DNA from: Chlorokybus atmophyticus
Lineage: Eukaryota > Plantae > Mesostigma and Chlorokybus algae
Length of the DNA: 64,000 bases
NCBI GenBank assembly: GCA_009103225.1
Contig: RHPI01000277.1
Location: 878,103 to 942,102 of the forward strand
Direction of reading: 5' to 3'
Program-made: the position numbers and the translations under genes
The notes under the pieces: model-generated
Seen by the model: the letters and a program-made list of their open reading frames with translations, nothing else
Databases searched by the model: none
Told to the model about the DNA's origin: nothing
Shown here: positions 24,775 through 38,314 of the stretch, in pieces
How positions within the stretch are numbered: position 1 is the first letter of the stretch
Layout: every line of letters begins with the position of its first letter

Positions 24775-27700
24775 ATGCTGCGGTGCAGCCGTCTGCTGTT
24801 GCCTCGGCTGACGACGACGACGACGACAGCTTCAATAAGGCTGAAGAGCGAAACCTTCTCTTTTGCATACATTCATGCGGACGCTTCAACCAAGCTCAGC
24901 AGCAGGCCAGCTGAGCGACAGGCGCAGAGGCTGCTGGTAGTGCAGCCGAGGCGTGGGCAGGGCGCGGAGCTGCGGGGAGAGGTAAACCATGTGCTTGCGT
25001 ATGTCATGCATTCTGTCTCTGGCACCACCTGTTGTTGGGCGGTGGTTGCTGCTTGAGCGATCACTAGAGTGGGTTTGCACTTGTGCGACAAGAAAAAATC
25101 AAGCTTGCCTCGTGAGGCAATCTTGTTTGTTGTTCACACAAGCTTATTGCAGCCTATGCAGCAAGCAAGATGCCGCAATTGATTAGCATGCATAGGCGTC
25201 CTCGTTGTCACAAGCTTTTTCGTGACAAGCTTGCCATAGTGTACGCTCGCGCAAAAGCATGCTAACAGGCTTGCCGCATGCATAACGTAGGCATGCTCGC
25301 GGTCTTAGTGGTGAGGCGTAGTGAAGCTGCAGGCATGCAGTGGGAGCCTCTTGTTAGCGGTCAACATCTGCACAAGCTTGCCTGCAAACATGATGACGGA
25401 CCACCCTTGATCTCCGTGACTGCGCGGGCAGCGCATGCTTGCAGTCCTTGCATGCATTCGTGCACATGCACGTGGAGTATTTGCTAGCTTTAAGCCACAC
25501 AGGTCACAGACACACTCGTACACGGTGTGTAAGCGCACAGTCACAGCTTATTTATGTGAGATTGGTGTTGTCATATGTATGTACGTGTATACCTAAGACT
25601 GCGCTTGTGAATGTGTTTGTGGGTGTGTCACATGCACACACTCGTGATGTCAATTTCCTGTGTGCAGTTGGAGGAGGCATTGCGCTTAGCAGAATCCCTT
25701 TCCGCAACTTCAAACCCAGCACCGTCGTCATCATCAATGCAGTCCAGTGCTGTCTTGGAGTGCCCACATGTGTTGGTGCAAAATCCTGCGGGTGGACACA
25801 CACGCACGCGCCGCGTACGCTCAAGTGAGCACAAGAGTGTCATCAACTTGCATGGCAGTTGTGCGTGTATGAAGCAGTGTTGGTATGTCTCAAGGCACAT
25901 GTGGATGCAATGCCTGCACAATTGCTGTGTGATTTGCATTCCCGAAATCATCTCCGGCCGTTGCCTCAGACACGTTCTTCGGGTCCGGGACAGTTGATGA
26001 AGTCAAGAGGCGCATCGACTCGCTTCCAGGGGTGACAATGACATTATTATTACTGCATTTACACCTTCCAGCATAACGTCAATGTGGAGCGCACAGCCTG
26101 ATTGTAAATGATATGCAGGACAAAGCTGTAAAAGGCGTGTTCGTGAATGCACCCTTGACTGCGGTCCAACAACGAAACCTGGAGGTGCAGTCCGTGGTGC
26201 ATGCATATCGTCATGATGTTTGTTGATGAGCTCGTTGGTTGGTTGATTCTGGAGTAAATGCCCGTAGTTCTTGCTACATGTTGCAAGTTTCTCTGCAATA
26301 TTAGCCTTGTGCTTCAAACCTCTCAGAATTGGATTGTGTAACTTGCTCAACCATTATACCCACAGTCACGTGACAATTTAACTGATCAGCTCGCTCTTGA
26401 TATGCCAATTCGCTGGTTCAGTTGTTTATGGTTAGAAGTGCCTGGCTCCACCCAGGCAGCGTGGGGCATGCCAGTGGTGGACCGCGTGGGTTTGATCATC
26501 GAGATATTCGCTTCGCGGGCTCAGACGCGCGAGGCTAAGCTGCAGGTACAGATTGGGGGTTGGTGACCATGCAGACCAGCTGCTGCTGCATCTTCATGAT
26601 CACCAACTTCCAATCTGCCCTGCAAGCTTGGGGTTGTCTCTGTGCACTGGCATGGATTGTTGTATCCAATACAACATCACTGAGCAGTAAACTGTGCAAA
26701 CGCCTGGTCTGCAGGTGGAGCTTGCAGCTCTCGAGTACAAAGCCAGTCGCCTCGTGCGCAGCAAAGGCCCCGGCCGCAAGTTCTTTGACGGTGTTGAGGA
26801 TGGAGCCGCATCTGAGGTGAGTTGTTCAGCACTTACAAAGGCAAAGCTTCTGTGTAGACAGTGTGAAGGGGACATGCACACGCAGTGCTTGTTGGTATAC
26901 GTTGTTATGCTGCCTGGCAGGTAGTGAGCGCACGTCAACGGGGCGCTGGCGGGCTTGGCTTCATGGGTGGTGCGGGCGAAACGGAAATTGAGCTCCAACG
27001 CAGGCGGTAGGTTGATGTTTTGTGGCTTACAACAAACCCCCGATTGCCTACAAAGATAATGCGTCACAGCTTGGGTGAGCGTAAAAGGAGACTGCTGGAG
27101 TTGCTTGGGGAGGTGCGCCGCACGCGACAGCTCCAGCGGACAGCTCGCCAGCGACAGGTGTGTACTTGCAGTTTTGTGTGTGGGTGTGCGCTCATTGCTG
27201 TCATGTTGATGTTGGTATACACACATGCGTGTGTTGCTGCTACAGGGGGACGTGGCACAGGTGGCAGTAGTGGGTTACACCAATGCAGGTACCAACAATG
27301 CACTTACACTGACATAGTCAACATGGCTCGGGTGCTATATTGTTCTCATGCTTGCAGGCAAGTCTTCTCTGGTGACTGCGCTAAGCAAGCGCCAGGTTGG
27401 CATTGAAGATCGGCTGTTCTCAACACTGGACCCGTCCCTACGTGGCGTCCGACTCCCTTCCGGCCGTCGAGCCGTCCTTAGCGACACCGTTGGCTTCATC
27501 TCTGATCTGCCCGTACAGGTGGGTCTTCTGTATTTGCGAGTACTGATTAGCCTTCAGCATGATCAGATACCGCGATAAAAGCAAACCACACACACATACA
27601 CACACTCTGCAGCTTGTGGATGCATTTCGCGCGACTCTTGAGGAGGTTACTGGGGCCGATCTGCTTCTTCACGTGATCGACGCAAGCGTATGTTCAATTA

Positions 27701-29055
27701 GCTGCAATTGCTATTGTTACGCAACACCGGTACATGCTACCAAGGTGTCCTTTCACTCAATCAGGCGCGAGCGCGGGTGCAGCAGCGCGATGCCGTGCTG
27801 AGCGTGCTTCGCGGGCTTGGCGTTGAAGAAGACAGGCTCAAGACTGGTGTTATTGAAGTCTGGAACAAGGTGCATGACATGAAGCTGTGCGACTCGCATA
27901 CAGTCCTTACCTCCACATCATTATCTACCATCTACCTTACTATGAAATGTCGCAGGTCGATCTGATCCACGAGCAGGAGGAGCCTGAAGACAACATCAAC
28001 GCGCTTGGCGCGAGTGTCGTTGCTGATGATAGTGAGGATGGCAAAGAGGACCGCCACAGTGAACAGGAGGTCTGTTTCACTTCTGAGGGCATTGTACGCT
28101 ACTACTGTATGCAATATTACAGGTGCGTGCGATGGTTTGCAGGATGATGCCGGCAGGGACAGCGAGTCATCCGTCGCTTCTGAACAGGCAGAAGAGAGTG
28201 CTGACGAGCGCAGTGCCGAGTGGGGGACCAATGGCGGAAGCAGGGTATGTCAACATGTTGTTGCTGTGCCCAACCATGTCGGTTCACATGTGAAAGTCAT
28301 TGTCACACAGTTGCCTCCTGAGTTGGGCCCATTGCTGGATGATGTCGTTAGCGGCGGTGCAAAGCGTGTCGATGTGGATGTTACTGACCCGGAAGAGGCG
28401 TTTGACTATTATGATCGGGAGCGTAACATGGTGTGGAGCAATTCTGCTTTGTCTTGGATCAATTGCATGTTGGATGCATCGTCAATCTTGTTGATGTGAC
28501 CCGTACTTTTGCTCTGAAGGTGTGGGAGAGTGGTGGCGGGGAGGCTGTGATAGAGCACGAGGAAGGGGTACATAGATCTGTTCAAGCAGCACACATAGTG
28601 TCGGCTTGCAAGCCCAACGCTAAACGACATGCGCTTTGTTTTTTCATTGACCCTTCCATGTGCACATCCTTTGTGTGCAGACACTTCCCCCCGAGTTCGA
28701 CCCTGAGATCGAGTACGATCCTCCTGAAGGCCTTCCTGACACGCCTCCTTCACCACCCACTCCTTCCACCAACACCGACACCAACCTTAACAATAACCCC
28801 GATCAGGACCCCGACCCCAACACAAGCACAAGACACACCAATGCCAGCGCAGTCCTATCCTCGCACCTCCTCACGCGCATCGTGCCTTATAATAGCAGCA
28901 GCATCCCGCGTGTATACGTGAGCGCAAAGGAGCGCATCGGTCTCAAGGCGCTGCTGGTCACGATTGACGATCGGCTGGGTGTGGGCAACAGGCGACAAGG
29001 AGGGAAGCATTTGGTGGAAGAGGCTGCAACGCTACCTGCTGACCAAGCTTTTTGA
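24775..29055 (+). CDS. hflX: HflX-family GTPase with organellar transit peptide
   Basis: MLRCSRLLLPRL N-terminus; [46 protein letters not shown]; G1 VAVVGYTNAGKS, G2 LFSTLDP, G3 SDTVGFISDLP, LVDAFRATLEE, G4 WNK/VD (split by an intron), G5 VSAK; stop at 29055. Confidence 0.9.
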
Positions 29056-29464
29056 TGGCGCATGTTTTGGATCGTACGTTTTGGGCAAGTATAGCGCGTG
29101 TACAGGTGTGTATAGCGAGAGTGGTAGGTGAGTGCAGCTGTACATAGCGACATGCTTACGCGGCTTTGCCCGAGTGCAGGGATGGTCTTGCTTTGCGGTG
29201 GTCAGGCTTTGCGGTGGTAGAGATTGCAGGCTCTCAAACACCTCGTTTGCTGATAGCGATTAAACTTATGTGTGTACTTAGATGTGTGTACGAATACGTG
29301 TGCATATGCTGGACAAGTGATACAGTGTTGTAAGAAACTCCAACAACCATTGTGCGCGCGCCCAATTGCTGCGGTTTAGCTAGCTAAAGTACTCTATATA
29401 TTCCATCAGTGCATGTGAAGCGCCTGACACCACCATGGACAACCATGCATTGTGCATAGCCTTG

Positions 29465-31730
29465 TCAAGCTAGGAACAGGAGCATTGGAGCCAGCGGTAT
29501 GAGCTTATTTGGGAGGCACTCGACCCGCCAGCAGTGGAAACCCACGGCACGGCGGGCGAGGACCACCAAGTCCTGCGCCTGTGCACACGTCTCATGGTGG
29601 CAACGCGAGTAAAGCAGCGCCGGCTGGAGGGCTTTGTTCAACTGTGCCGGCAGTGCGTGCCCTGCGTGCTGCAGCGTGCTGTCATGGAGCAAGGAGCGGT
29701 GGTGGGCTGGGCGGGCCTTCAAGCATTGAGGTGGATGCTGCATTGGCGGCGGCATGAATGCCAGGTCCAGGCAACGCAAAGCAGACGGCTGGCGGTGCCG
29801 GGCCGAGCAGCAGTGATTGTCGCTGGAGGCGAAGGCGACAGCGGCAGCGGTAACATCGGGGCAGCAATGGTTACTGCCGCGTATCGTGTGTGGAGTCTGC
29901 ACGTGTGCTGTGTAGTTGTCGGCGATATGCATGCGGGGTGTGCTGGGTAAATGTGATGGACTGTACAAAGTGGCGCTGTGCTGGAAGTCGTACAGTTGTA
30001 TGCTTGTGAGTAGTCTATATTAAGTAGTTTGGAGGCTACCAGGCACCCAAAAGTATGTTTTTGCCTACCCTTGTCGCCCGATCACCTCCGCCCGAGTGCG
30101 CTCCCGCAGCCCGGCAGCCAGCTCCAGCAGCTGTGGGAGGCCCTTTGTCCAAAGCAAGAACAGCTTCTCCTGATTCCACTCCCAGTTGGAATCCCGCAAC
30201 TGAATGGACTTGCCTGGCATGCGGCAGGACAGCAGCGCCGTGCGTGAGTGGGTGTGTGGGGATATCAGCGCCAGAGCGAGAGACGCTGGAGGGTCCAGGG
30301 GAGCCACCCGCGACACAAGCACCTGTGAGCGAGATTGGTGTTGTCATCGTTTGGTTTTCCAGGAATTGGTCTGTGTGCGCTGCAAGTTCTACACAACAGA
30401 CCCATGCATGCGTGCGCGTGCAAGTGAGTGCACGCAGTAAGTGTTGATTACTAGTTTCCTTGCTCCCAATGCATAGAATCAAGTAACCTTGTGGGCGCTG
30501 CACTACACTACTGTCCCAATTTAAGAGTCCACTCATCATGGTGAGTCATTGTACCTGTTGCAGCATGCCTGTGGCTTCCCATTGTGCAACAATCTCCCCA
30601 GTCTCTTCAAGCCGGATGTTGACATAAACCACTCTTCCCTCCCCCTGCCCCATCTGCGCTCCCTCCAAGTCCACCATCGGGCATCCGCGCGCAAGCCGAG
30701 CCGCCACGTGCAGGAGGTCAGGCCGGCCTCCGTTGTGTTGTTGGCCTTTGCTGCTCATCAACTCGCTTCCACTGCGGATGAGCGCCTGCCACTGCGCTGG
30801 ACACGAAGATGAAGTTGGGGACAGCTCATCCTCACTTGTTGGCACCTGGTTCAAACGTATACATGTGTGACATGTGCATATTTTAACTCTCTCGTTGAGT
30901 TGCAATGGGTTGCACTCTACCTGTTGCTTGTTGGTGTTGCGGGTAATATCCGCAGCGCTAGTAGCGAATCGGTACTGCCCAAGTAGAGGGAAACGGTGAG
31001 ATCTCGGCGACACCACCCAGAGACAGGATGAGCTGAAAGAGCAGCAAGACAAATAGCTAAGAGCAATGGAACCATATCGCACAGGTGAGGTCAACCAAAC
31101 CGAGCGCTTTATGTGGAAGCACCTGCTGGGTTCAGAGACTTCCTCGTCCCTTCCAAGCAAAGTTCCGGGGCTTGACGGGGAGGCACAGTCGTCTTCACAT
31201 CCACTCAACCCAACATTTCTTTCATCAGGAGGATCGCTGTCACAAGAAGGACTTGATGGTAATGACCATTCAGCCTCCCTTTCCTGCCTCTCCTTCCACC
31301 TCTGCAGCTTCAGCACTATGTCTGTAAGTTCGTTTGAATGCCAAATGGAGCTCGTGCCGTCTACTGAGCAAGGCGCCTGCACACGCGTTTGAACAGCACA
31401 GTTGACTTCGTTTCTTGTACCATAGTGTTGTATAAGAAAGGTACTATGTTGTTTTGGTATATAGTATACAATTGTCAAGGATGGCTAACGTGGGAACCAT
31501 AAGCAAATCTTGTACCGGTCTTGATGCAGACAAGCAAAACAGGTGACATGATAGTTGATGCACGTGCTAAGCCTCAATCCCAACCGACAAAATATGGTGA
31601 TATGTATGTTTGCAGGAGAGCTTGTTACAGTACGATCAATGTGGGTGTGTTGCGCGCTTGTGCCTCTCACCTTGCCCAACAGTGTTGCTGCCGCTTCTGC
31701 CACCATACAGCAAACGTCACACTCCCCCAT
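29465..31730 (-). CDS. Hypothetical protein, multi-exon, unidentified
   Basis: GC-rich open blocks bounded by GT/AG: ELTDIVLKLQRWKERQERE..., ...GRPDLLHVAARLARGCP...RVVYVNIRLEETGEIVAQWEATGMLQ, FLENQTMTTPISLTGACVAG, ...DLVVLARRAVGFHCWRVECLPNKLIPLAPMLLFLA*. Both ends are uncertain and a further exon may lie at ~31785-31904. Confidence 0.5.
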
Positions 31731-34179
31731 GTATTGCTAGCCTAGGCGGTATGCCTTGGTAACCTGAAAAGACTCCTGTTCACTGACCTCCTTCCCTTCC
31801 TCCTTCTCTGACTCCGCCGCCGCCGTCTCCGCCGCCTGCCCGACGAGGAGGACCAGGCCTTTGTAAGATGCGACCTTCTGTGTGTGGTCTTTGGGCCAGA
31901 TCATGGAAAATCAGAGTCGAAAAAGAGAAATAAATAAACAAATACAAATTGAGGTCCTTGTGCTGTGCGGAGTCTGGTGTGGTGGTCAAGTCATGCAAGG
32001 TTGGACCCGAATCCAGTTTTCGACGCAGAATGTTGGATGAGTTGCGTACCGACTTGGGCTTGGGCCTAACAATTATGTTCGCAAACAAGTTGTGTTAGAT
32101 GAACGGTTTGTTTGTTAGTGCGAACATTGCTTGTTAGTAAACCAACCAAGTTGGACCCAAAACAACGTTTTTGTTAGTCAGCGTCAAGTTGCTGAGGCGA
32201 AAACTAACCAATTGCGCCGTAGGTAAGCTGTGCGTCGGTACGCGTGTTGACATCGATGAAATCAAGCAATCTCCAAGTACCAGTAAGGCAAAGCGCATAG
32301 ATTTATAGTGACAACACTACAAAACGGTGTTGACCGTGGTATTCGATTAGGGTTAAAGGTAAGGTTTTGGATACCTTTATGGCTAAAATTGAAGTAAACG
32401 TTTCATGATAAAACTTATCTGACCTTGACCTTAGATTCATCTCGGAAATATAAACTTTTCTTGACAATTGTGCTCGCTATTGCATACATGATGCAAATTT
32501 ATGATATAATCTGTTGGTCAAAAATGGTAAAAAAATGTTGTTACTCAACATGCAAGCATCATTATTGTTATTTGTCCGTTTCGATGCGCAAAACATTTAA
32601 TGAGCTCCACCCCTTGTACCAAAGTAATCCAGCGAAATGCCTTCCAGGATTGATAGTAGGTGTTGATGAGAAGTACACTAATAGCTAGACTTGTCGCATT
32701 TAAATCTATTTCAAAGGCATTAAGCATGTGAACAATGCGTGGCATGTGTGCTTTATGGTACCTTATGAATTATTGCATATAAAGTGGTCATTCTGAAATG
32801 CCAATACAGAAGTTTCCAATACATCAGCGCGGCTTCGTAAGCAGCTTGCTTTTAAAGACATATCGATTACATTTGATAGTTTTCATGTGTAATGTAACAT
32901 GGTTAGCACTTGTAGAATTATCATGATTGGCGTACTCTGTGTTGCCGCTGCTTATCGCAGATAGACACCCATGATTGGCGACAAACGAACATCAATTATG
33001 CTGTAGATGCAACTTTTCGACAACGATTACATTATATTATTATAGTAAGAAAAACGCAAACACAAATGTAATGCACTCACATGTACATCTTGTGTAGAAG
33101 TGTTTTTATCATCACATGTTTACCCTTCAGACGAGTGTAATAATAACGAACCGTTACACATGGTCTCATATTTGACTAGTATAAGCTTCTCGATATGTAT
33201 GATGGTGTATCATGTATGTTAAATGTTTTACAATATTTACATAAAACTCAACTGATGTATAGTATATGGAGGTCTATTGGAGCATGCCTTGTTTGCAAGC
33301 AGCTTACATATAAAATTGTACCAAACACGTGAAACGATTGCATTGCATATAAATGGCAGCAAAGATTGGAGGTAAGGTTTGCATATCATGATTCATTCAC
33401 TCACCGTTTCTTCAACCTTAACCGACAATGCCCCCCACCCCCTTTAATTTTTCAAAATTGTCAGTGGTCTCGTTATCGTCATATGTGTCTCATATATTAA
33501 TTGTTCTTAAATGGTTGAATGTTGATAATATAAGTATAATTATAAATATATATTGCGCGTTATACTCGGCATTCGCCCCAATACAGATGCTTTCGTCGTA
33601 ATATAACGTCTCAATGATAATGGTATTACATCAATTAATTGACATGTATGGTATGTACATTATTATAATCATTGGAGAATAGCTACAATTTTACACCGTA
33701 TTGGCATGTACGTGTGTGTATGTATATACATATAAATATATATATATGTACACATATATACATATACACGTATATATATATATAAACAAAACTACCATAC
33801 ACCATTATTGACATCATGTACATGTATGATAGACTATTTGCTTGCATTGTTTTGCATGCACTGTTAAGCACTACAGAACTAATATGTGCATCAGATTAGA
33901 AAACAAACAATTGAACACAAGCATGTTGTGGTTATAGACTTCAAAGTTTGTTAATGTGGTAAATTGATCGTAGCGTAGTTAACCCTTAGGTAATGTTTGC
34001 CATTATGTCATGTACATAACCAATGGTAGATTTGTCACAAGCAAACAAGCTTCACACCATTTATGGAAATCTTCTTTAAACATATGCTGATTGATCTTGT
34101 AAACATATAATTACTTAAAGCTGCCAGCACATTTGTCCTGTAACACCGGTACATGCTACCAAGGTGTCCTTTCACTCAA

Positions 34180-34421
34180 NNNNNNNNNNNNNNNNNNNNN
34201 NNNNNNNNNNNNNNNNNNNNNNNNNNNNNNNNNNNNNNNNNNNNNNNNNNNNNNNNNNNNNNNNNNNNNNNNNNNNNNNNNNNNNNNNNNNNNNNNNNNN
34301 NNNNNNNNNNNNNNNNNNNNNNNNNNNNNNNNNNNNNNNNNNNNNNNNNNNNNNNNNNNNNNNNNNNNNNNNNNNNNNNNNNNNNNNNNNNNNNNNNNNN
34401 NNNNNNNNNNNNNNNNNNNNN
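34180..34421. other. Assembly gap (N run)
   Basis: 242 consecutive N. Confidence 0.99.
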
Positions 34422-34816
34422 TGCTGCTCTACCTAGCGTGTACTCCCCCCATCTCGGACAACTTCTTGCCATCACAAAAAACTGTATGCATATGGTCGTT
34501 ATAGGCTCGTTTTTATCTCTTGGGTTCTTCCGTGATACAAGAAGTCATACATTACCCCATGGTGAAAGCAATCCTTATCCTCAACCGTGTCGTGTGTCAA
34601 CAAGTAGGAAGAAGCAAAAGCCGTGAAACTCTCAAACCTCCAAGTAGTCATGGGAACTGCAATAGTAAAAAGATGCTTGCATTCAGATGATACAAAGATG
34701 CTCAAAATACGTTGAACAAAGTTCCCTGGCATCTGTTGTACACTGCCTTGAATCAAACGACATCACAAACAGTTTGGCGACATCAAGTCAAGAGAGGATT
34801 AGGTACTCTTGACTTG

Positions 34817-34820
<4 letters not shown>

Positions 34821-34900
<80 letters not shown>
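34821..34900. repeat. (GA)n microsatellite, about 40 units
   Basis: Perfect GA dinucleotide run. Confidence 0.98.
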
Positions 34901-34905
<5 letters not shown>

Positions 34906-35167
34906 TCAAGACATGATTTGGCACAATAATGTGACACCACCAATACCTGCTGCAATGCACAAGTTGACCTGACGTACGCGGGCAAGACATGCTCTCTTTG
35001 CTGTATCATGTGGCAAGCACCTTCTTTGAAGCACATCTCCTCTAGGAATACCACATAAAATAGATTACCATTGGGTGCAGCTCTGTACTTGTGCAGGAAG
35101 CTGAAGCGCACGTCATGGCTGTATTCAATTCCCTCACAAAGACAGGCCTGATGGGACAGCAACCAAG

Positions 35168-36294
35168 CTACTCCTCATCGTCGTCCTTCTCGTCCTCCTC
35201 ATCAGCCTCTTCCTCAGCAGGGGCTTCCTCCTCACCCTCCTCGTGCTTCTCCTCCTTCTTGTCAGCCTCGTCCTTCTCCTCCTCGTCCTCGTCCTCGTCC
35301 CCGTCCTCGTCCTTGTTCTCTTCCTCCTCAGCAGGCTCCTCGGCCTTCTTCTTGCCTCGCCCCCGGGCTGGAGCAGCCTTCTTCTGCTTAGGGGGAGCAC
35401 CGTCCTTCCTCGGCCGCCCTCTTGGCTGTAACAGATTGAGCAAGTCAGCAAGAGTGAATGAGCACTTGTGAATAGTTCTTGTGACAAGCACTCCTTTACG
35501 CTCACCTCACACTCACCTTACACGCACGCACAAGCATGCTTATGCAAGCACACGCATATGCCCACGAGCATGGCAAATTTCACACCAGTACAACTATGGC
35601 AAGCACGGCGAAGTACCTTCTTAGGTTCTTCGGGCTTTTCTTCCTGGTCCTTCTTTGGCCTGCCGCGCTTAGCGGGTGCAGCCTTCTCTGCAGCGGGCTG
35701 CTCAGCCTTCTCGACGGCCTTATCTGGTTTCTCAGCAGCCTTCTTCTCAGGCTTCTCAGCCTTCTCAGGCTTTTCAGCCTTCTCGGGCTTTTCAGCCTTC
35801 TCGGGCTTCTCCTTGGGAGCTGCGGGTTCCTTACGCGGGCGCCCACGTGGTTTCGTGGGAGACGCAGCCTTAGCCTTCTTTGCAGGGGAAGCCTTCTCTG
35901 CAGCTGCGGCTGCGCGCTTCTTTGGTGCGGCTTCCTTTTTCTGTAAACAACCAGATGAACTGCGTGAGTCTGTAGTACATCTACGTCACATAGCAGGCCA
36001 CTTGCAAAACATGAGTCAGTGCCCAACTTGAACAGGATGCGTACAGAACGGTAACTGCGTGGGTATGCACATGGGTGCGCATATTTATATGCTGGCAATA
36101 ATTTGGGGTGTATTTTACATACAATGAGAGAAATATACAAAACCAGACCGGTTGGACATTTGAGCTTGTGCAAACAAGTGCACACTAGGCGAACTCAAGA
36201 AAAAGACCTCTGCCTCTGCCTTGGGGGGACGGCCCGGCTTGCGCTTTGCTGCTGGTGAAGCTGCCGCCGCCTTTCCACTGCCTTTAGGCGGCAT
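35168..36294 (-). CDS. HMGA-like AT-hook chromatin protein (about 222 aa, 3 exons, acidic tail)
   Basis: Exons 36294-36208, 35940-35617 and 35425-35168 splice in phase 0. AT-hooks KPGRPPK, KPRGRPRK, KRGRPKK, PRGRPRK; (EKP/EKA) repeats; Asp/Glu-rich C-terminus ending DDEE*. Confidence 0.85.
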
Positions 36295-36705
36295 GATAAC
36301 TGCTTTACACTGCAACCAACAAACAACAGAATTTTTCAGAACAGCAGCAGCAACACCAACCAGCACCGTCACCACCACAACAACATGATGCTGGGAAACA
36401 AAATTCTAACATTTTGAAGATTCCAAGATGTACCATTGTCATGATCGCTAAGAACAGTGCTATTCCACAACGGTTTGCACCTGTATGCGCATGTGCAGCA
36501 AGACACAAAGTTTCATGTGGGAGAAGCAAATCGACGAAGCTGGGCGAATGCAACAACTGCTTGATTGAGGAATGCGCATGTAATTGTTACCACACAAACA
36601 GGTTGGTGCCCAGAAGGTAAACAGGTGACAACTGACCAGTGCAGCCAGTGTGCTTCAGAGCAATTGTGCGCTACACATATATCCTCAACATAAACAATCG
36701 CACTG

Positions 36706-36805
36706 CGACATGCTGACACTGCTCAACTCAGACTGTGCTCATAACGCACCCCTGCAGAGGGGTGCGTTATCAGCACAGTCTGAGTTGAACAGTGTCAGCA
36801 TGTCG
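36706..36805. repeat. 100-bp near-perfect palindrome (48-bp arms, 4-nt loop)
   Basis: CGACATGCTGACACTG...CACCCCT-GCAG-AGGGGTG...CAGTGTCAGCATGTCG; two mismatches between the arms. Confidence 0.92.
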
Positions 36806-38314
36806 TCATTTATGGAGCATTGTATCAGATTGACATGTCAAACGCCGGCCAGTGCAGACAGGAAAACCACATGAAGGATAGATCATAAATCAATGACAAA
36901 GCTACAAACTTCCTCCAACCGAGCACGAGCAAAATTACAACGGGTGTATGCACCAGTACATATATAAAAGATGCCAACGGTAGCACCGCAGGAACATGCC
37001 ACCATCAAACCAGAAAACACAAAGACAGCACGTAACTGACGGTTGCCAGCATGGCTTGAGAGAGTGGAAAACGGTGAAATGCTGCGTTGTCTCTTCCCCT
37101 TTCCCCCTCTTCTTTTTGAGCTTACACCAAGCATGTACTCTAAAGCCTAGCAGAAGCCCAAGCGCTAGTGGTGTACTCAGCATAAACAGCGACAACAGAA
37201 AACCAGCAGCCAGAAAGTAGTAGCAACTTTTCCCAGAATCAATTTTAGCCCTACGTTGCTTTACAGCTTTAACCACGTGGAACGGCAGTGAAAAACAGCC
37301 CGCAGAACAAGTTGCCTATGCCTAACACGGCATGCAGTTGGTTGGTGAGAGAGGTGAAAAGGGGGAGAGGGGGAGAGGGGAGGCGCTGACCCTTATCTGG
37401 TGGTGGTCGCGCTCAGCAGTAGCAAAAGGAGAGACGCTTGGCACTGAGGTAAAGGACAGTTGTACAACTCAGCAGCAGCAGCACTCAAGCTTCCGCCATA
37501 GCTGCCTGCTGCTACGCTTGGCTTTGCTTGGCTTAGGTGCTGTATGGAGGCGCGCAAACACAACGCGGAAAAGAAAACCGCTTGCTTCTCGCCGCTGCCC
37601 GGCTGCGGAACTCCCCACCTGCCGCGCAGCGCGCGTCACTAGGCTTTTCTGTTGCTGCTGCTGTTGCCTGCCCTGTTTTTTGCTCTCGCTTCGGCTGAGA
37701 GATTGCTTCTCTTCAGCAAGGCAGACCTGAAATCTGCTAAGCCGAAATCCACCGTGTCGAAATTTATCTTTTTAAGCCGTTTGCTTATGACACAACCCAC
37801 GTACCGGCAATTGGCTTTGCAGACAGTGCATCGGGTGGCGCGCGCGCTGCCATTGAGTACAGAAACCCCGCAGTCGGGCAGCGGCCTTTGCTGCTCCATT
37901 TGCACAGATTGGGCTGCATAATTTGTGCACCTGAAAACTCCGCCGTTGCATTTTTCTGTTTGATGATGTTCGTAAGCTTAGGATTTCCAAATTTCGGCAA
38001 CAGCGCGCGAAGCGAGCGGAAAGGAAGGAAGAGCGGAAGCCGTTAGCCGGAAGGAGTTGACTAACTAACTGATGGTGCATTCATGTGTGAACGTTAAGAC
38101 CCACTTTGGTGCGAAGAATTTGGCAGTCACATTGTGACCTAAAATCAAATGGCGCGTTAAGGCACTGGCACTCTCCTGTCAATGCACACATCAATGACGG
38201 CGATGTGTAAGGCGACGTTGACGCTGGCGACAGCTATGGGGACGATGCCAGGCCCATGGTTGAGCCTGTGTTCCACAAGAAGTCCAAGAAGTCCAAGAAG
38301 TCCAGCTGGCAACC

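Noticed and set aside
34133-34626. ORFs spanning the N gaps (also 41912-42514)
   Set aside because: Artefacts of translating N runs and microsatellites.
36883-37921. Short hydrophobic ORFs between the HMGA-like and GPRP genes
   Set aside because: Non-ATG starts with nearby upstream stops and no consistent exon chain; more likely UTR or promoter DNA, although a small gene cannot be excluded.
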